The notes under the pieces were generated by a model. The model had not been told where the DNA came from. It did no database searches and saw only the letters and a list, made by a program, of their open reading frames with translations. Both the position numbers and the translations under genes were made by a program. Shown here piece after piece: positions 26,383 through 32,416 of a stretch of 32,416 bases of DNA (positions are counted from its first letter, which is position 1; the number at the start of each line of letters is the position of its first letter). Where the stretch lies: NCBI GenBank assembly GCA_039679545.1, contig JBDKUT010000072.1:1-32416 (forward strand), given 5' to 3'. This DNA is from Thermotogota bacterium. GTDB taxonomy: Bacteria > Bipolaricaulota > Bipolaricaulia > UBA7950 > UBA9294.

Positions 26383-26449
26383 ACAGAGAAGAGCGGGCAG
26401 TGCCAGCACAACCTGTGCACTCGACACCGCCCGCCCACTCTTCTTCTGT
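26383..26449 (-). other. Intercistronic stem-loop between the binding-protein and permease genes
   Basis: On the minus strand GCGGGCGGTGTCG..GCACA pairs with TGTGC-TGGCACTGCCCGC, and the flanking ACAGA(A)GAAGAG and CTCTTCTCTGT can extend the stem. Confidence 0.6.
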
Positions 26450-26490
26450 GTATCCTAGCCTAGTTACTTACCGTCAGCCGTCCTCCATTC

Positions 26491-29022
26491 CTACTGAACG
26501 AGGAGCGTTGCGCCGTAAGCAACCGGCAGACCGCCTGCAGGCGTTGCAAGGGCAACGATCGTGTACGCCCCGCCCGCAAGGCCGGCCGTCGCTTCGCCGG
26601 GCAGAGTAACACTCCACTCGCCCGCCGACGCCTGAGTGGCCGCGATCGTCGTCTCGCCCTTGTCCGACACGAACACCAACGAAACGGCCAACGACGCAGA
26701 CGTCGCCGGCTCGAAGATGTTGTACGGATAGGTGGCTTCGTCGATCTTGATCGAGATCGTCACCGGCTGCCCGGCCGTAGCCGCGGCGGGAGTGACGACT
26801 TCGTTGATCCGCGCCATGCCGACCTCGAACATCTTGTACATGTCGGCGCCGGTGTACGGATACCCCGGATCGCGGTTGGCCTTGAGCGTCATCTGGTTGA
26901 TGGCCGAGTTGTAGTTGTCGATGTAGAAGCCACCCTGGCTGATGTACGCATGGCCATGGGCATCGATGAAGTCGATCGCCTGCTGGTACATCGCGGCGAT
27001 GTCGGCTGGTGTCAACTTGGCCTTCGGAAGCATCGCAACGAGGTACGGAGGTACGTACTGCGCGTCACGCATCTCGACGAGCTTCGCGCGGATGTCAGCC
27101 ACGTGCGACGGGACCAGAACGTCGATCTCCGTCATGCCGGCCGTCTCCGAGAATCCGTAGATGGTGCCGGAAGCGCTTCCCTCCGCGACGATCTTCCCAA
27201 GGGCCTCTTGAATCGTCCACTTCACGCCCTGCGAGTGGTTCGACGCGCGAGCCCAGAGAGCCGGCGTGCCGGCGAACGCCACGCGGTTCGGATCCGGGAA
27301 GGCGTAGTCGTAGTAGTTCGTGATTGAGCCGTCTTCCCAGTTGTAGATCCCGCCGTGCGAGTACGCGAACCCCGGGGTCAGCAGCGTGGAATACCCGGAA
27401 TCGTACTCCGGATCTCCCTCGAAGTCCTCGGTCGCCCAGTTCTTGACGAACCCTTCGGTCGCCGCGAAATCAATCAGCGACAGAGGCGATCCGTCGTGGA
27501 AGTTCGACATCGTGATCTTGTAGGTCGCCTTGGCCCACGCGACTTCGTCGCCGGTGGAGACCCACTCCTTCTTCGTCGAGTCCCACTTAATCGCCTCGGC
27601 CGGCACGTCGACCAGGCCGGTGTTGGTCGTGAAATCGACGCCCGTCTCGACGTCACTCCACTTGGCCAAGAAGCCGGTCTCGGTGGCCGATCCGGGGGCC
27701 TGATAGGCGAGGGCATCGGTGCACTGTTGAATCAGGTTCGCGGCATACAGGTCGTTGAACCCCTGCGTACCGATCGGGTCCCAAGCGTTCAAGAAGAGCG
27801 ACCCGCGAGCCGAGAACTGCGTGATTCGGACCGGGCGATCCTTGTTGACGGGGATCATCGAGTACAGCGAGAAGTTGTTGACTCCGTCACCGAGGCCGTA
27901 CAGGAATCGGGTCTCAAACGAGGTCTTGTTCGAAGCGAAGTACACGAGCTGCTGCGCCAGGTACACGCGGACGGCGTCCTTCAGCCCTTCCTCGCATGCC
28001 GTCGTCATCAGCGACCAGTACTCGTCCATGGACCCAAACTGACCATAGGCGAGCTTCGTCGTGACCTCTTCCGAGATGGGGTTGATGAAGTTCCAGTAGG
28101 TGGTATCGCCCCAACCGGGATAGCATCCCGCGTACCAGTTGGAGTAGTACTGGTTGACGTTGCCTTCCCACCACTTGTTCGTGCCGCCGCCACCCCAACC
28201 CTCGGTGTAGATCGACCACACCATGTCCTTCGGATCGGTGCCATACAGAACGCCGATCTCGTAGGAGCGGTCACGGAGGATTCGATTCACCTTGATGCCG
28301 GTCTTCTCGATCTGATCCGCGAAGTAGTTCCCGATAATCAGACGCACGTTCGGGTCATCGACGCGGATCATGAACTGGACTTCAAAGACCGTGCCATCAA
28401 ACGCGTACCAGAAGCCGGCGGGCGAGGTCGCGTCCACGACCTTCGTCAGGCGCGGCGTCAGCTTCATCGCCTCGTCCATCGCGGCGGTGACGGCGGCGAT
28501 GGCTTTGGACTCGTTGCCTTCTGCCGTAAGACCGAGCTTGCCGGCAACCAGGTACAGCTTGTAGGCGCCAGGGTCGCTCGGCGCGACGCAAAGGACGGAC
28601 GCAGCGCCGGCTCCGCGCAGAATCTCGTCAACGATCTGCTGCCGGTTGACAAGGTCGTGCATCGCGAAGCGCACTGCCTGGATTGCGAAGGGGTTGAAGA
28701 TCTCCGTGCCCGTGTTGGTCACGGCGATGTACGGCGCCTCGTTCGGGTACGGGTTGAAGATGAAGGCAAGCCCGCTGGAAGGCGCTGAGTACATCTCAAT
28801 CGCGTCAAGCGTCTGTTGACTCAGTCCGGCGATGGTGCCGCCCGAAACACCGTAGAGGAAGAGGTCCGTGTTCCCGGCCGCAACGTCCTGAATCGCGATC
28901 TCTTCCTGCATCCGGCTTTCAAACACAACCTCGTCGGCGTATGGGCCTTTCTGGGCGAGCCCCAGAAGACTCACGAGGCTACCAATAACCAGCATCACGC
29001 TAAGGATTCTGCGCAGCCGCAT
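26491..29022 (-). CDS. ABC transporter substrate-binding protein, family 5 (OppA/DppA-like, long form with a C-terminal Ig-like domain)
   Basis: The ATG at 29022 follows AAGGAGG and begins a signal peptide. Motifs FNP..., NPFAIQAVRFAM..LVNRQQIVDEIL.G and FHDG....DF are present. The gene heads a permease-permease-ATPase-ATPase operon. Confidence 0.9.
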   Translation of the reverse strand: MRLRRILSVMLVIGSLVSLLGLAQKGPYADEVVFESRMQEEIAIQDVAAGNTDLFLYGVSGGTIAGLSQQTLDAIEMYSAPSSGLAFIFNPYPNEAPYIAVTNTGTEIFNPFAIQAVRFAMHDLVNRQQIVDEILRGAGAASVLCVAPSDPGAYKLYLVAGKLGLTAEGNESKAIAAVTAAMDEAMKLTPRLTKVVDATSPAGFWYAFDGTVFEVQFMIRVDDPNVRLIIGNYFADQIEKTGIKVNRILRDRSYEIGVLYGTDPKDMVWSIYTEGWGGGGTNKWWEGNVNQYYSNWYAGCYPGWGDTTYWNFINPISEEVTTKLAYGQFGSMDEYWSLMTTACEEGLKDAVRVYLAQQLVYFASNKTSFETRFLYGLGDGVNNFSLYSMIPVNKDRPVRITQFSARGSLFLNAWDPIGTQGFNDLYAANLIQQCTDALAYQAPGSATETGFLAKWSDVETGVDFTTNTGLVDVPAEAIKWDSTKKEWVSTGDEVAWAKATYKITMSNFHDGSPLSLIDFAATEGFVKNWATEDFEGDPEYDSGYSTLLTPGFAYSHGGIYNWEDGSITNYYDYAFPDPNRVAFAGTPALWARASNHSQGVKWTIQEALGKIVAEGSASGTIYGFSETAGMTEIDVLVPSHVADIRAKLVEMRDAQYVPPYLVAMLPKAKLTPADIAAMYQQAIDFIDAHGHAYISQGGFYIDNYNSAINQMTLKANRDPGYPYTGADMYKMFEVGMARINEVVTPAAATAGQPVTISIKIDEATYPYNIFEPATSASLAVSLVFVSDKGETTIAATQASAGEWSVTLPGEATAGLAGGAYTIVALATPAGGLPVAYGATLLVQ

Positions 29023-29147
29023 GTATTTCCTCCTTAGGAACAGTCCAAAGGAAGGCATCACGTGCATCCCACTAGACCGTCAAACACTCACACACCAGTT
29101 CCCAGTATCCCAGGGACATGGTCACGAAGACGAACGACTCCCGCCGA

Positions 29148-29570
29148 CTACAGCATCTCGAATTCCGCGGAGAAGACGTTGACTGGCGCGCTCTCGAACC
29201 AGTTGAGCTTCACCACGACGTACTCCCATGGAGCAACTTCGACCGGAAGCCACACCCGCTGGGTGCTGTAGTTGCCGACGGCGGAGATGACGTACGTCCG
29301 CCCATCTCCCTTGACAAGCGTGAACGCAACCTTCGTCCCATCAGCCTTGCAGACGTACGATTGATCCACATCGATCGTCGCGCGTTCCACAAGGCTGATG
29401 ACCAACGCGTAGGCACTCATATCGCTTGCGTTCTGGACGAACAGCCAGGCGCTCGAACCGTCTGTCGTGGCCACTAGGGTGACGTTGGGATCCTCATTGA
29501 TGGGCGTGGCACCAAGCGCTCCCACGACCACCATGGATGTCAGGAGTAAACCAATGGCCAATTTCCTCAT
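29148..29570 (-). CDS. Hypothetical secreted beta-rich protein (140 aa)
   Basis: The ATG at 29570 is preceded by AAAAAAGGAGG and begins the signal peptide MRKLAIGLLLTSMVVVGALG. No family was recognised. Confidence 0.75.
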   Translation of the reverse strand: MRKLAIGLLLTSMVVVGALGATPINEDPNVTLVATTDGSSAWLFVQNASDMSAYALVISLVERATIDVDQSYVCKADGTKVAFTLVKGDGRTYVISAVGNYSTQRVWLPVEVAPWEYVVVKLNWFESAPVNVFSAEFEML

Positions 29571-29670
29571 CACTTCGGAGCCTCCTTTTTTGTTCGCCTC
29601 ACACAGGAGCATGGGATCGCAACGCTGCGATTCCCCCAGCACCTGAGCCATCTAGTAGAGAGTAAGAGCC

Positions 29671-29698
29671 ATTATACGGAGAAACGAGGGCGAGACAA
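29671..29698 (-). promoter_or_regulatory. Putative sigma70-type promoter TTGTCT-N16-TATAAT
   Basis: On the minus strand the -35 TTGTCT is at 29693-29698 and a perfect TATAAT is at 29671-29676. It lies in an intergenic gap of a GC-rich sequence and points into the hypothetical gene and ABC operon. Confidence 0.7.
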
Positions 29699-29740
29699 GC
29701 AGACCCTTCGTCCCTCTCGTTCAATCAGGCATTGCCCGAG

Positions 29741-30832
29741 TCAGTGAGTGAGGTGAACCCCTCGCCCCGAGGCGTGGCTCGCTTCCGCCTCGCGAAACGC
29801 TTCCCCAAGACCTGCGAAGGCGAGAACGGAAGCGACAAGGAACCCTCCTGGGATGAGCAACCACGGAGAGCGCTCGACCGTCGCGAGGCTTCGCGCTCCG
29901 GCGAGCAATGCTCCCCAACTCGTCATCGGCTCCCGAACTCCAAAACCCAAGAAACTGAGCGACGCCTCCGTCAGCATGGTTCCGGGGATGAGGAGCGTCG
30001 CGGAGACCGCAAGGTACGACGCGACGTGGGGGAGGATGTGCCGGCAGAGGATCCGCATGTGCCCGGCTCCCACGGCCCTCGCCGCCAGGACGAAGTCGCG
30101 TTCGCGGATCGACAGGACCTGACCGCGGACGACCCGCGCCATCCCTCCCCACCCGATCGCTGCCAGTGCCCCAAGAATCGTGAGGAGGCTCACCGCAGGG
30201 GACACGTGACGCACAGCCAGCGCCGCCCCCACGACCAGGACGACGGGGAGTCCCGGAAGCGCGACCGCAACCTCCCCCAACCGCTGCAGAAGGAAGTCGG
30301 CCCAGCCGCCGCAGTATCCCGAGACTCCCCCCAGGAGCGCTGCAAAGGGGATCAAGAGGAGGAGGACGTACGGACCGACCACGAGGGAGACTCGGCCGCC
30401 GACCAGGACGCGAGAGAGGAGGTCTCGGCCCAGGGCGTCCGCTCCGAACACATAGATCCTGGCTTCGCGGTTGGGGTCGGCGAGGTCGAACAGGTGGACG
30501 TCGGCGGGGAAGACGCCGAACAGCCTGTACGGAGCACCATGGGCGAAGAACCGGAGGTACACCCTTCGGGATTCGTCCTCCACGATCCTCCGCGCATACG
30601 TGTGTACGTCGGTCTCCATGCGGAACGGATGAACGAACGGGCGGATCGACCAACCCTCCCCGTCGTGGAAGCGGATCCTCGTCGGAGGCGCAAACGCGTC
30701 CTTGTTCCTCTGTTCGTCGTACGGGTACGGCGCGAGGAACTCCGCCAGGATGCACATCACCGCAAGCACCGCGAGGACGGCCGCTGCCCCGCGCCACGCA
30801 CCGGACACCGTCCGTCTCCCAAGTCGGGTCAC
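29741..30832 (-). CDS. ABC transporter permease (OppC/DppC-like), second cluster
   Basis: EFLAPY, FGADALGRDLLSR, the EAA-like loop RDFVLAARAVGA and EASLSFLGFG...SWG. The GTG start overlaps the upstream stop. Confidence 0.93.
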   Translation of the reverse strand: MTRLGRRTVSGAWRGAAAVLAVLAVMCILAEFLAPYPYDEQRNKDAFAPPTRIRFHDGEGWSIRPFVHPFRMETDVHTYARRIVEDESRRVYLRFFAHGAPYRLFGVFPADVHLFDLADPNREARIYVFGADALGRDLLSRVLVGGRVSLVVGPYVLLLLIPFAALLGGVSGYCGGWADFLLQRLGEVAVALPGLPVVLVVGAALAVRHVSPAVSLLTILGALAAIGWGGMARVVRGQVLSIRERDFVLAARAVGAGHMRILCRHILPHVASYLAVSATLLIPGTMLTEASLSFLGFGVREPMTSWGALLAGARSLATVERSPWLLIPGGFLVASVLAFAGLGEAFREAEASHASGRGVHLTH

Positions 30833-31893
30833 GCTCCCCTCCGGATCCGTGGGTCGATCGCGAGCAGCAGAAGGTCCGCCGTCAAGTTCCCGCCGACAAG
30901 GAATACCGTAAAGAACGACAATCCCGCAAGCACCACATACGGATCATGCGCCTGAACAGCCTGCCAGAACGCCCTCTCGACGGTGGGAAGGTTGAACACG
31001 ACCGCCGCAATGAGGGAGCCTGACACGAGGCGCGGGAGTGAGAGCCCCAACATGCTGATGAGCGGGTTCGCGGCGTTTCGCAGGGCGTGCCTCCAAACGA
31101 CCCATCGCTCCGCGAGGCCCTTCGATCGAGCCGCAACGACGTACGGTTCGGCGAGCGCGTCTTGGAGATTGCCTCGCGTCTGGCGAGCCCATCCGATCCC
31201 CTCCGCAGCCCCGGCCGCCACCCACACGGGCCACAGGTGCCAAAGAAGGTTTCCCACTTTTCCCCACGACCACGGCCTTCCGAGGTAGCGATGGTCGAAC
31301 AACCCTCCCACCCCCAGTCCGAGATCGCCCACCCTCGCCGCGACGAGGAGCCAGAGGAGAAGGAGTCCGAGCAGAAAGACTGGAACGGACACGAGGCCGA
31401 ACGCGAGAACGGTTCCTGCTCGATCAACGATCCCGTGGGGCCTTGCCGCCATCCACACGCCGAGGGGGACGGCCACGAGGAGCGCAACCAGCATCGTGGA
31501 CCCGGCGACGAGGACTGTCCAGGCAAGTCGGCCGGAGAGAAAGAGCGCGTCGAACGCCGGGAGCGCCGATTCGAACGAGAGTCCGAAGTCGCCTCGCAGG
31601 ACGACGTTCTGCAGCCAGAGCCCGTATTGAATGAGGAGGGGCCGATCCAGTCCGAAGCGTGCGCGGAACGTCTCCAGTGTGGAACGAGAGACGTCCGGGT
31701 TCGCCTCGAGGCGTGTCCAGGCGTCGCCGGGAGCCAAGTGAACGAGCAGAAAGCAGACAAACGTCGCCGCCAGAATCAGGGGAACGGCCGCCGCAACGCG
31801 CACCACGACGTATAGGGGAAGGCCACAGCCCGAGCCCGAGGGGGCACCCCCCCTACGGCGCCAGGCGTGTGTCGAAGACGAGGTCGGCGGCAA
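30829..31893 (-). CDS. ABC transporter permease (OppB/DppB-like), second cluster; start uncertain
   Basis: LAPGD, FGLDRP...QY..WL, GDFGLSF, YVVAARSKGL, HALRNA and IDPRIR. The homology-like region begins near 31822 (LPLYVVVRV). The only upstream in-frame start is TTG 31893, which overlaps the previous gene. Confidence 0.85.
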   Translation of the reverse strand: MPPTSSSTHAWRRRGGAPSGSGCGLPLYVVVRVAAAVPLILAATFVCFLLVHLAPGDAWTRLEANPDVSRSTLETFRARFGLDRPLLIQYGLWLQNVVLRGDFGLSFESALPAFDALFLSGRLAWTVLVAGSTMLVALLVAVPLGVWMAARPHGIVDRAGTVLAFGLVSVPVFLLGLLLLWLLVAARVGDLGLGVGGLFDHRYLGRPWSWGKVGNLLWHLWPVWVAAGAAEGIGWARQTRGNLQDALAEPYVVAARSKGLAERWVVWRHALRNAANPLISMLGLSLPRLVSGSLIAAVVFNLPTVERAFWQAVQAHDPYVVLAGLSFFTVFLVGGNLTADLLLLAIDPRIRRGA

Positions 31894-32416
31894 GGGCGTT
31901 CTCCCCCGTCGGATGCCCGTTCGGATTGGCCATCTCGGCGTTGCCTACATGGTTGTAGTACGCGTACCGGAACGCGGGGTAGACCGTGTAGATGAGTCCA
32001 GCGTCGCGGGCCGCGAGGGTCTGCAACGTCCGGTAGATCTGGAATGCCTCGCGCACGTCGAGGGACGCGGCGCCGCGTGCGAACAGCGAGGCGAGCTCCG
32101 TCTCCGTCGCCGTCGGCTCCTGGCAGCCGGAGAGGTGCCAGAAATGGAGCCGGCCGCACGGGGCGTACACCCCCGCCAAGCTGTTCGGGTCAATCCCTCA
32201 GGTGAGCCCGAGGACGGCGGTATCGAACGCTCCGGAAAACAGGCGGTCGAGCATAAGCGACGTGTCGAGCGGCTCGAACCGAACGTCCAGTCCCGCCAAG
32301 CGGGCGCGGTCTGCGATGATCAGACACTCGCTCTCATACTCGGAAAGCCCCGCCGCCGTGGAGAGCCGAATCTCGAGCGGCGACCCACCCGGGAGGTCTC
32401 TCCACCCGACCCCATC
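31853..32416 (-). pseudogene. C-terminal part of an ABC substrate-binding protein (family 5), interrupted by an in-frame TGA; 5' part outside the window
   Basis: A single frame from 32416 reads DGVGWRDLPGGSPLEIRL...IIADRARLAGLDVRFEPLD...FDTAVLGLT*GIDPNSLAGVYAPCGRLHFWH...TAG at 31853. The TGA is at 32198-32200. It could be a nonsense allele, a sequencing error or recoding. Confidence 0.7.

Noticed and set aside
1..32416. Alternative genetic code (UGA = Trp/Gly), CRISPR array, tRNA/rRNA, IS or prophage
   Set aside because: Many genes end at TGA exactly where their families end. No regularly spaced repeats, cloverleafs, transposases or integrases were seen.

Overview
GC-rich bacterial chromosomal window, densely coding, with no rRNA, tRNA, CRISPR or recognisable mobile element. 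From left to right: a partial HAD hydrolase and a membrane-anchored C39-like cysteine peptidase (+); a five-gene minus-strand operon joined by 4-nt stop/start overlaps (gltX, TlpA-like redoxin, multi-dithiol thioredoxin fusion, membrane 4Fe-4S protein, uppP); a TrmH-family RNA methyltransferase; a structured 560-nt intergenic region; a 2019-aa alpha-2-macroglobulin with an intact CTEQ thioester; a tandem ACT protein; a large secreted NEW3/beta-rich/SdrD-B/3xPKD protein; gyrA-tyrS; and two Opp/Dpp-family ABC importer clusters. The binding-protein gene of the second cluster has an in-frame TGA. The most notable items are a TyrRS whose HIGH and KMSKS motifs read TFGH and AMSQS, a candidate DsbD-independent thiol-redox relay built on a three-dithiol fusion protein, a GyrA with Leu at the Ser83-equivalent position, and a candidate C-rich sRNA. 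The gene styles are reminiscent of Bipolaricaulota (Acetothermia), but that is an unverified impression. All family calls come from motif recognition by eye, with no database search.
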